Source: Zootoca vivipara (lineage: Eukaryota). Taken from it: a stretch of DNA of 64,000 nt. The stretch covers positions 17,670,001-17,734,000 of the forward strand of contig NC_083277.1 in assembly GCF_963506605.1 (NCBI RefSeq), read 5' to 3'. The position numbers and the translations under genes were made by a program. Shown here one piece after another: positions 20,122 through 30,974 of the stretch. The notes under the pieces are model-generated. The model saw only the letters and a program-made list of their open reading frames with translations, made no database searches and was not told the origin of the DNA. Each line of letters opens with the position of its first letter. The stretch's first letter is position 1.

Positions 20122-23100
20122 ACTTTTCATTTTTGGAGGGAGAAACCAGAAAGGCTGCAATATTTAACTGTGGTCCCAATAGTGCAGGTAAGATTTTAGC
20201 TGGTCATGCTGGGAGTTAAGGGGATACTTGTTTAATATTTACTGCTTCGTTCCCTATGAGGGAAAGCAGTCTCGGAAAGAAAGTCTGAGTCTCCCAATAC
20301 TGAGTAGTAGCTTCGGTTGAGCTCTCCTGTTATTGCAACTCAGTACTCTGAATAATTCTACAGACTTTTTATAAGGTTCTGCTCTAATTACTTCAGGATT
20401 AACCACAGACACAGATCAAGACCTGGCTTTGTGAACTGCCAATACTGATATGCACTGTGTGAGGTGGGGAAGGACTCCCATATATATACGGTAACTCTGC
20501 TGTGGAAAATTCTGTCTCTTGGGGGGGGGGGCGAGCCTGACTGACTCATATGATTGTTATTATCCTAGTTAAAACATAATCTGTTACCTGAAAGCTGACG
20601 CAACTTGGTCTGCACCAGCTGTAGTTTTTCATCACGCAACTTAACTTTCTTATTCAGATCAGCTTTGGGTTCCCCAGATATTTCTATGTCGCATCTGGAA
20701 AGAACATATGACTTAAAATAAAGCATTGTCTTATACTTCTCCTTGATTCCTTTCCTGTTGAATACAGTAATTGGTAATTGCTTCACATTCATGCCATAAT
20801 CAGATGCCTGAGATGGCGGCCTTAATCTGCCTAATGGCAGGACTGTCCCAATCTTGCAAAATAGCTCAGCTGGTCAGAGGATGGGGCTGATAATCCCAAG
20901 GTTGCATGTTCATTCCCCATATGACACAGCTAGGGTTGCCAGACTCAATAGAGGACAGGACTTGTGTGCCTTTAATTGCCCTGCTCTCTTTTGAGTCTGG
21001 ATACCTTAAAGAGAAACCAGCAGACCCTTCGCTTGGAAATTAAACAAAGGGTCTGCTGGGTCCTCTTAAGGTTTCCAGACACAAAAGAGAGCAGGGCAAT
21101 TAAAGGCACAGAAGTCCTGTCCTCTATTGAGTCTGGCAACCCTAGACACAGCTGCATATTCCTGCATTGCAGCGGGTGGGTCCTTTCCAACTCTACAATT
21201 CTACGATTCTGTAAACAGGGGCTTACCTGCTCAGCAAGGGATCCATATCCTGGGGGAAAAGATAAATCGATCAGCCCCACTTTTCAAAGTTGATTACAGT
21301 TCATTAAGTACCAACTCTTAATGCATTTTGCACATTTACAGCCCACCTTCCTTTCAAGACGGAACAATGAAAACAGGACAGACCATCAACACCCTAGTAA
21401 AAAAGAAGACCATTATTATGGGTTGTATTCAAATAGCGTCTACCAAGAGTAGACCTATTGAAATTAACAAACCTAAGTTGACCATATTCATTAACTCTAG
21501 TGGGTCTACTCTGAGTAGGATTAGGACTGACTATGACCCTATGGCTCCTCCAGTGTCAAAAGGGGAGGGGGGGAGAGAACACAAAAGTCTCATTTTTTTG
21601 TGTTATCGCTATCAGATTCTGCTTCTTCATATTTGCCATCACACCTGTAAAAAAACACACACAAAGGTTTGTCTGGACTGAAACAAATCTACAGTATGCT
21701 TTTCACATGTCGAAGTCCAACATTTTTTTGTTGCGGAGGGGTACACAAAAAAATAATAATGAGAGGAATGTCGATCCACCCAATTTCCCCCGGGCTTTCA
21801 CATCTAGTAGTACAATCTCACCTGCAGGAGTTCAAAGGCAGACTGCAGACACTTCTCCTCTACCTCTTTAATCAGCTCGGCGAGATGAGAACTGCGGTTT
21901 GAGAATTCTCTGGCTATTTTGTCGATTTCTTCAAGTGCTTCTAGCAGTTCCCGCTTTCCCACAATTTGATTCCTGATGTTTTCCACACCTTTCTGCCAAG
22001 AACAGAGGACGAAAGACACCGAATTCAGTATGCTGTTGTGATTCCATCCTCAGGGAAACAGAGGCAGTTGTGCTTAGTTTCACCAGGCCTTAGTCATTCC
22101 ACCATAACAGAAAGTGTCACCTAACAAAACGGTCGGTGAGGTCGGCATTTTTCCAGTGGTTTTTTTTTTAGGGGGGCTTTCCCAAAGGCATCTGTTCGGT
22201 CACTGTGAGAATAGAATGCGCACTCCCAGCAGCCAGCTTGGGGTCATCTCTTTCTGATTCATTCCCAACCCCCCCCCCCATTAGTCTCCTGGCGATAACC
22301 TTTCACCCACTTCTTTGCTCTTACTTTTTTAAAAATATATATATATTTTTATTGAGAATTTTTTTATAAAGAAAAAGAACAATGACATATCTTCCCATAA
22401 TCAAACATTCAAATCATCCACACAAGAAAAAAGAAAACAAAAAATATGTACAAATCAAGATGATAATCAATTCTAACTTAATTTCACTCATGGACTTCCT
22501 CGTGCCCCCTGTTTAGCGGTTCATTGCATATCCTTTCACGCAGGTTCTATTCATATTTTATATCTATAATTACCATTACCCCATTTTCTTTAATCTTTAA
22601 CATCCATTATATAATTCTAATCTATATTTTAAAAACCTCTCCCTTAATTCTCAACCTGCAACATACACAATTGCTTATATTTCTCTTCATATATCAATTT
22701 TACAATATTTTTTTATAATACACTCAAAATTTCTTCCATTCTTCTTCCGTCTTCTCCTCTCCCCGGTCGCGTAGTCTTCCAGTCAGGTCATCAAGTTCCA
22801 TATAGTCCAACATTTTCATTTGCCATTCCTCTACTGTAGGTATCTTCGGTGTCTTACAGTATTTTGCTAACAATATTCTAGCTGCAGTTGTGGCATATAG
22901 AAACAGATTGGTATCTTTAATAGGCAATTATTTTCCCACCATGCCCAATAGAAAGGATTCTGGTTTCTTTGCTCTTCTTTGCTCTTCCTGACCTGGACAA
23001 GAACATTACTTCCTCCTGTTTTGCAAACCACGTATTTCCAACCTTGTCCCACTATCTTATCTGATTCCTTCAGTTAAGCTATACAGTCATACCTTGGTTT

Positions 23101-26100
23101 TCAAATGCCTTGGGAGTCGAACGAAGCATTTGTTCTGGTTTTCGAATGTTCTTTGGAACCCGAAAGTCCTGCAGCCTATCGGAAGTTGTGCCTTGGTTCC
23201 CGAACATTTTGGAAGTCAAACGTTTGACTTCCAAAGTAACACAGTAAAATATTTGAGGGGGCTGGGCATTGCCATTCAAATGGTATGTGTGCACTGCCTC
23301 ATGTGATCAATTATGTGGGACGGAGCTTAACTGTCCCCCCTCCAATATTTTATTCAAGTTGACACCCCTGCCAGCGAAAGATCTTTAGCTACGCATTTTG
23401 CTCCAGAAATCTATAATGTAACCATATTCACTTCTGAAATCCTGTGTTCATCCATTTCTATATCTGAAATGTTAACAAAGCATTTTGTAGGAGCCTTGAT
23501 ACACTTCAGCTTATGTTGTACGGGCCTACCTGTATTTAGCTGTGATTTGTTCTTAGTCTCGTGAATCCATGCCCATATATCCTTGAGCATTCTTGATATC
23601 CCCTTAGTCATACAATGATTTATCAACTATACACCTATATGAATATACACGGATTATTTTAGTCCCATAAGAGCCCACACAGGTATTCAGGGCTCCTGAA
23701 CTTGATGTCCTCCACATGTTTTGGATGACAACTCCCTGTGATCCTCAGATGAATCATAGAATCATAGAGTTGGAAGAGACCACAAGGGCCATCCAGTCCA
23801 ACCCCCTGCCAAGCAGGAAACACCATCAAAGCATTCTTGACATATGCCTGTCAAGCCTCTGCTTAAAGATCTCCAAAGAAGGAGACTCCACCACACTCCT
23901 TGGTAGCAAACTCCACTGCCGAACAGCTCTTACTGTCAGGAAGTTATTCCTAATGTTTAGGTGGAATCTTCTTTCTTATAGTTTGAATCCATTGCTCTGT
24001 GTCCGCTTCTCTGGAGCAGCAGAAAACAACCTTTCTCCCTCCTCTATATGACATCCTTTTATATATTTGAACATGGCTATCATATCACCCCTTAACCTTC
24101 TCTTCTCCACGCTAAACATACCCAGCTCCCTAAGCCGTTCCTCATAAGGCATCGTTTCCAGGCCTTTGACCATTTTGGTTGCCCTCTTCTGGACACCTTC
24201 CAGCTTGTCAGTATCCTTCTTGAACTGTGGTGCCCAGAACTGGACACAGTACTCCAGGTGAGGTCTGACCAGAGCAGAAGGTTGATATATATATTTTAAT
24301 AACAACAACAACAACTTCTCTACCGAGCTTGAGAGGAGCTGCAGTCCAGAACATCTGGAGAGCACAAAAAGGAGGCAGCTGCATTCAGTGGATGGCAAAC
24401 TGAGAGCTGCCTACCTTTGATTCCTGATTTTTTTTCTCAGTGTAACTTTTCTGCTTCATAATATCATCTCTCTCCTTCTTCAAGGTTGTTAACCAACTTT
24501 GGAGCTGATCCTAAAAGAAAAAGAAAAAATGCACTCAGCGCTCCCAGTACAATTAAAAGTGTTGGTGCTGACCTTTAAGGCCTAAACAGCCTCGGTCCAG
24601 TATACCTGAAGGAGTGTCTCCACCCCCATCGTTCAGCCCGGACACTGAGGTCCAGCACCGAGGGCCTTCTGGCAGTTCCCCCACTGAGAGAAGTGAGCTT
24701 ACAGGGAACCAGGCAGAGGGCCTTCTCAGTAGTGGCACCCGCCCTGTGGAACGCCCTCCCATCAGATGTCAAGGAGATAAACAACTATACGACTTTTAGA
24801 ATACATCTGAAGGCAACTCTGAACGTGCCAGCCAGTGGGGGAGTTTCATGCTCTGGCACCGGGGGCGGGGCTGACGCCCGTTCTGGGGGTGGACGCAGCT
24901 CCCAGAGGGGCAGGACACATGTTCCGGGGGTGGGGCACACGTTCCAGGGCTGTGGCAGGCCTCCCGGAGGGCCGTGGCGCGCCTCCCAGGGGTGGGGTTG
25001 CATCTCCCGGAGGGCCGTGGCATGCCTCCGGGGGCGTGACACGCCCCTACCTTCCTACGCCCCTGGTTCCAGCCCCCACACAACCAGACTTGGCCCAGTC
25101 CGGGAGCCACACAGGTGTCCAGCGATCCACCTCCTGTGGAGCTGTGGGCACGCTAATGCATCAGCAGAGTAACAGCAAGAAGCAAGGCTGTAGAGGCATT
25201 GGCATCACAAAAGTTCTTTATTTACAACAAATAAAAAACAACAACAACATGGCTAGTGTGAGCAGCAGCTTCACACGTCTGCTCTGTCCGAAAGCAGCAA
25301 ACAAAGAGAAGAACACAAAAGCACACAGGATGGAAGTACAGTGTATGAGTTCTGTTCCCACACTCCTATCAGGAATGTCAACAGTGGATGCAACAGCAAT
25401 GGAGATGCAACAGCAATGGAGAATGAAAATACTAACAAACCCTGTTTAGGGAAGTTTTTAATGTTTGATCTTTTACCGTATTTTTAATGTTCTTTTGGAA
25501 GCCACCGGGAGTGGCTGGGGAAACCCAGCCAGATGGGCGGGGTGTAAATAATAAATTATTATAATAAATTATTACTATTATTATAATATTTTGATTTAAT
25601 CAAAGGGTTTAGAAACCACTTTTTCACTAAATAAAAGCTTGGAGATGTTGGCACCTGAAGACCAACAGTATCTGGAGGGTCATTTCCCCCTTCCCTTTAG
25701 TCCTCAAAATTCTCCAAAAACGAACGGCAATTTCGCTTACCTTAGCATCCTGGGCAGCCTCGTCGATGGGGAGGACGGCGTGCGCTTTGTGCGCCCGGGA
25801 TTCCCTGCAGACCAGGCAAATGAAGGCGCGGTCCTCTTGGCAGAAGAGCCGGAGGGCTTCGTAGTGCTTCCCGCACAACTTCGGCGCTTCCTTCTTGGGC
25901 TCCCCTTCGGCCAGGGAGAGGCGCTGCAGGCGGAGGCGCTGTATCGCTTCGGCCATATTCGCCAAGTGCCTGTTGGGCTGGAGGTTGCCCCGGGGAAAAG
26001 CTATCCTGCACTGGGGGCAAGAGGAGAGGTCGCGGCCCGGCCCCTCCGGGCACTGGGCGATGCAGGGTCGGCAAAAGCTGTGCCCGCAGTCGATGATCAT

Positions 26101-26184
26101 CACCGGGTCGCGGAAGTAATCCAAGCAGATGGAGCAAGTCGCTTCGTCCTGGAGAGTTATGGAGGGGTCTCCGGCAGCGGCCAT
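16838..26184 (-). CDS. TRIM-B: RING-B-box2-coiled-coil-PRYSPRY E3 ligase, ~464 aa, 7 coding exons
   Basis: Exons 26184-25741, 24510-24415, 21992-21822, 21249-21227, 20694-20588, 17842-17807, 17355-16838. GT-AG, open frame (1395 nt). Confidence 0.88.
18014..18516 (+). mobile_element. L1/Tx1-like 3' fragment
   Basis: ORF2-end-like [20 protein letters not shown]...WEKF, A-rich tail, long TSD agaaatggataagaatg. Related fragments at ~22325-22925 (-) and 42148-43298 (+, TSD aggaaggctgtcttga). Confidence 0.65.
18737..19432 (+). mobile_element. Squam3-type SINE interrupted by a hAT MITE (~18866-19381, TSD AGCTAGAT)
   Basis: gctgctgccagccagtgcagacaatattgagctagat...gagctagatggactaatggtcc. Uninterrupted relative at ~62113-62273. 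Confidence 0.65.
20080..20118. repeat. (GT)n microsatellite
   Basis: Direct inspection. Others: (AT)n ~19189-19229 and ~48885-48928, (CT)n ~35077-35111. Confidence 0.95.
20931..21144. mobile_element. Palindromic hAT MITE (TIR TAGGGTTGCCA)
   Basis: Almost fully self-complementary 214 bp, 8-bp TSD GACACAGC. Confidence 0.9.
23751..24278 (-). mobile_element. CR1 LINE 3' fragment
   Basis: [39 protein letters not shown]...RLRGDMI (CR1 ORF2 C-terminus) plus (ATTCTATG)n tail. Present only in TRIM-B. Confidence 0.92.
24546..25560 (+). mobile_element. L2-clade LINE 3' end, split by a solo LTR
   Basis: [18 protein letters not shown] motif. Resumes at ~25438 (ctgtttagggaag...ccagatgggcgggg..aataataaattatt). 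Confidence 0.75.
24820..25437 (-). mobile_element. Solo LTR (~618 bp)
   Basis: Minus strand TGTTAG...GTTCA, flanking aactc/aaccc near-duplication, internal AATAAA (~25217-25222). Interrupts the L2 fragment cleanly. Confidence 0.65.
25741..26184 (-). CDS. TRIM-B exon 1 (RING + B-box2)
   Basis: 148 codons, AAG|GTAAGC donor. Confidence 0.93.
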
Positions 26185-26369
26185 GGGTCTGCCTACTTGC
26201 GCGCAAAATGCGCGGTCTGGGCAACGCGGGAGAAAGAGAATCCCGCCCCGCCGGGGTATAGGTAAATTTGGGGTCCAAAGACGGAGGATCCCTACTGTCT
26301 TCGCAGCCTGGATCCCTGCAAACCGAGGATCCCTGCAAACCGAGGAGGAACGGAAAGGAGGACACGGGC

Positions 26370-26381
26370 GAAAGCGAAAGC
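26370..26381 (+). promoter_or_regulatory. IRF-element-like GAAAGCGAAAGC in TRIM-B promoter
   Basis: GAAANNGAAA consensus next to CCAAT and GC boxes. Same motif at 38422-38433 (TRIM-C). Confidence 0.5.
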
Positions 26382-27051
26382 GAGGACGCAGCGCAACACG
26401 GAGACGAGCCAATCGGTCTGAAGGGGGCGTGGCGCTGAAACGAAGTGGGAAAGTGCCGCGAGGGGACAGAAAACAGAATACAGTACTGTACTGTAATGCA
26501 CTTTTCAGGAAATGACTCACACCCTTGAAGGTATGCCTGATGGTAGTGCTTACTTGCGCTTTGATTGCACCACTTGTCTTTCTTACTTTTGCATCTCGTT
26601 TTTCCCTTAAAGGCGGCATTTATTAAAACTCTACTCCACCCTTCATCCGAAGATTTTGCAATATAAAACCTCGAAAAAATAATATAGCATAGTAATGACT
26701 AAAAGCAATGACCCGCCCACCCAAAGTTTGACAGGTCAAAGGTTGTATTTATTGTTTAGCAGAGGACATGCCAGTTATTAAACTGGTAAGAACAGATACC
26801 AGTTTGATCTTGGCCAAAAGGCAGAAAAGCTTCTCCCCTTAACCCTCACAACAACCCTGTTTGGTAGGTTTAGGCTGAGCAGCCATGGCAACACTCTGGC
26901 ACGTGGGGATGGGAACCCAACCGTGTCCAAATTTTAAGAAGTGGTACCTGTGTTTGCCTTTTTAAGGTCTTAGTTATATAATAAATGTTCATAAATGTAT
27001 AAGGCAAACACGTACATAAAAATATAAAACCAGTACATAAAAATATAAACC

Positions 27052-27306
27052 AATGACTGAAAGAAGGCTGATCGCCAAAGAATTGATGCTTTTGAATTAT
27101 GGTGTTGGAGGAGACTCTCGAGAGTCCCATCTCCCATGGACTGCAAGAAGATCAAACCTATCCATTCTGAAGGAAATCAGCCTTGAGTGCTCACTGGAAG
27201 GACAGATCCTAAAGCTGAGGCTCCAATATTTTGGCCACATCATGAGATGAGAAGACTCCCTGGAAAAGAGTCTCCTCCAGCACCATCATTCAAAAGCATC
27301 AATTCT
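27052..27306 (+). mobile_element. RTE-BovB LINE fragment
   Basis: gaattgatgcttttgaattatggtgttggaggagactc...ggactgcaagaagatcaaacc...aagctgaggctccaatattttggccac. Paralogous copy at ~38666-38915. BovB-type tails at ~14585-14675 and ~40688-40800. Confidence 0.85.
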
Positions 27307-27617
27307 GTCAGTGCCAGATTTAGGGTTGTTTGGTGGTTCCTGAGGAGGCACAAAATTGTGATAAGGAATACGGTGGTACCTCAGGTTACAGATGCTTCAG
27401 GTTACAGACTCTGCTAACTCAGCAATAGTACCTCGGGTTCAGAACTTTGCTTCAGGATGAGAACAGAAATCGCGCGACGGCAGCGTGAGGCCCCATTAGC
27501 TAAAGTGGTACCTCAGGTCAAGAACAGTTTCAGGTTAAGAACGGACCTCCAGAACGAATTAAGTTCTTAACCCGAGGTACCACTGTAATTGAGATCTATG
27601 GGGGGGCACCAATTTTT

Positions 27618-28024
27618 TGTTAGAGATATCAAAGTGCCTACGTGCAAAAAGGCAGCTCTCCACTTCAGACAATTAACTTTGGGCAGAAAGCCAGTATCTG
27701 CTTGCTCTCTCTGTGCATGGTAACAAGAGCCTTAGTAACAACTCTGTGATTGGATAAGGAGTTCCTAAAAGATAAGCTCTTGTGTGGTGTTATGTGAGTG
27801 AGTGAGTGAGTACAGTGAGTGAGGAAAGGATTTGTTTTATTTCATTTACTTTATGATGTTTTGTACAAAGCAATTTCTGGATACAGTTTGTTCAATAAAT
27901 CCTGTATATAGTTATCCTGTGTCCAGACATCTAGTCATTGCACTACAGCCAGAAGCGTCCGGAAAACCTGCGCGAGCTCTGCTGTGTCCAGGTATATGTT
28001 ATTCCTGGCACTAAAACTCTAATA
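27618..28024 (+). mobile_element. Solo LTR (TGTTAGAG...CTCTAATA)
   Basis: Inverted termini and internal AATAAA. Second copy at 39198-39634. Empty site at ~15115. Confidence 0.7.
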
Positions 28025-30453
28025 ATTTTGGTCCTGCTCAAGGTACCAGATTGCCAAAGTCCTACCATGCTGCTAGTCTTCATTGTCCCAAAGGGTACAC
28101 AGACCAGTGCCCAAATTAGGGGGTGCGAGATGTTCCCCCGCACAGGACACCAAGTTGAGGGGGTGCAAAATAGTAATACGGAATTATTGTGGAAATTTAG
28201 GGGGCTGGTACCAAATTTTGTCCTCACTCAGGGCGCCAAAGTCCATCCTTGGTGAGAACAGCTACAACTCCTGGAATCTTCTGCTCGTGCAGATTAAGAT
28301 GGTGTGTAATATAGTACATTGAAAATAAAATACATTAAATATTCAATCAAAACAATAAAAAAGTGACAGGAACTTTGAGTAGCCAACCTGAGAAATATAT
28401 GGTATTCCACTAGCAGTATCCCATCACCCCTCCATTTCCAGCAGGGGTCTAACTGGGGTTGCACTTAGCAGCATGCTCAACTGCCCAATGTTCAAATAAT
28501 AAAACATTTATTAAAAGGGGGTGAGGGACAGGAGATTGGAGCCTCACACAAAATACCTGGGGGGTCAGGACCATGTGCTAACCCCTAACCATACCCCACC
28601 TTTTACACATATATCTTAAAACAAAATATTGGCACCAACATTGTCATTTTTCTGCCACAATGCCAAGTTCCTTTAGTTGCAGGCATTTCATGGGATGTGA
28701 GGGGGTGATTTTAAATATAGGCCTGGTTAATTGGCTAGCCTGGTGTTGTTATTTTTCTGGGGTGGTGGTTTTTTTAAAGTTAATTTTTATGCTATGAATA
28801 TGAATGTTCAGTATGGTTCCTTTTTAAAAAAAGAAAAAGTTTTTTTGACGCCTTTAACCTTTAAAAAGCAATTGAATAAACCAAAAATATCGTAACAGAA
28901 CCGCAAAATAAAAATTAAATGAGTCATAACAAAGGTTAATTTTTTAAATAACTTTATTGACGGATTAACGAAATGATTGAAAGACTGCAATGGCAACATC
29001 AAATCACAGGTTTATTAAATGTAAAAAGCTAAAGAAAAAAACCTGAGGAGTTACATGCTAATAAACAGTATAGTTAATATAAGCTAAGGGTCAAAACCAG
29101 ACAAAATATGGCTTTGCCTTTAGCATGCAGGTTTTTAAAACTGCAAAATGCTGTGAGGAAAGAAGCTGATGATTATTAGAATGACAAAAGGTGGTGGGGG
29201 ATTTAACCCTTTCCTTCTTTGCTTTGGTCCCAAGTATAATCCCTCCTCTGAAGCAGCTATTTGCATTGGGAGGAAATCCCCCATTGGCACCACCAAGAGT
29301 TGCAAAATTAAAGGAACATTATTTGTAATATTACAGTGCTTCTTTGCTGTACTGAATTAAAAAGCAATCATCTGCACAGTCAAACCAAAACACCTTGGTC
29401 CTTTGTTGAAGGGGAATGTGGGACAGCAGCATGGGATGGAAACAGACAGGCTAACCCCAAACAATACTCCACCTTAAACACATGTATCTTAAAACAAAAT
29501 ATTGGCACCAACATTGCACAATGTTAAAGTGTTCCTTTACTCACAGGCATTTCAGGAGAAAGGTGGGGATGGTTTTAAACATAGCCCTGGTTAATTGGTG
29601 AGCCTAGTTTTGTTATTTTGCTGGGGTGGTGGGTTTTTTTTTAAAAAAATTATTCTTACACTATGAACATTATCATCTGTATGTATCGTTTTTGTTCAGC
29701 ATGGTACTTTAAAAAAAGCTTTTAGGTTGCCTTGAATCTTTTAAGAAAAGCAACAGAATAAACTAAAATTATCCTAACAGAAGTGCAGCATAAAAATTAG
29801 TTGGGTCAAAACAAAGGTTAAAGGATTTTTTTTTAAAAAAAAACTTTATTGAAAGATTAATGAAATGATTGAAAGACTGCAATGGCTACATCAAATAACA
29901 GGTTTATTAAAAGTAAAATCCTACAGTTCTACGCTAACAAATAGTAGTTAATATAGGGGAAGACTAAGGGTCAAAAATAGAAAATATATTGTTTAGCATT
30001 CAAAATGCAGGTTTGTAAAGCTGCAAAATGCTGAGAGGAGAAGCTAATGATTGCTGTATTAGAATCCCAAAAAAGGTGGTGGGGGATTTAACCCTTTCCT
30101 CCTTTGCTTTGGTCCTGAGTATAATCCCTCCTCTGAAGCTGCTATTTGCATTGGGAGGAAATCCCCCATTGGCACCACTAAGAGGGTGCAACAGTAAAGG
30201 AACATTATTTGCAATATTATAGTGCTTCTTTGCTGTACTGAATTATAAAGCAATCATCTGCAGAGTCAACCCAAAACACCTTGGTCCTTTGTTGAAGGAG
30301 AATGTGGGACAGCAGCCTGGGATGGAAACTGCAGCCTGTGCAGACTTCCAAAGACAATGTGCACAGAAATGATATCCGCTGCTCTATGGAACTAACATTT
30401 GGACTCGTCTGAGGACCCAGGAAAGGCAAAGCACAGGTCAAGGACCATGTGCT

Positions 30454-30974
30454 TTAGTAGCACAGCTGGAGGCAAACTGATGGATCTACAATCCGGAAAA
30501 AGGGGAAAACTTCCTCCCCTTCAAAATCAATTGACTCGAAAATAAAGAGGCGGGTCTTATCTTCAGCATCATAAAAAGCCACAGTCCCTGCTTCGTAGTT
30601 CAACGAAACTTGGATTTGTGTTGGGCCCTCTTCTGGGTCCAAATAGGTAGGTGGTGAAGTCAGAGCTTTGAACTGATCATTGCGGCTAAAGCCCACTGCC
30701 CAGATCCCTTCATCAGGTTCAAAATTAATTTCTCTATCCCTCTCCACAGACTCTCTGGCTACGCCCACAGCCCAATGGTTGACACCCTCAACATCCACCG
30801 TCCAATAATGTTTCCCTGAGCTGAATCCCCACATTCCAAGTAGACAGCGGGCGTATTCAAACCTAATTGAACTGTAGGGGTAGTCCTGGCGGACCTTTCC
30901 CCACCATACTGATTTTCCATCAGAAGACACAATATATCGGGGATGGGCTGTTTCCGGATCAAACACCACGTTTT
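30454..30974 (-). CDS. TRIM-C terminal exon (PRYSPRY)
   Basis: Five amino-acid differences from the TRIM-A exon. Confidence 0.93.

Noticed and set aside
30454-30974. Positive selection between TRIM-A and TRIM-C SPRY
   Set aside because: A hand count gives about 5 nonsynonymous and 4 synonymous changes, so no excess in this pair.
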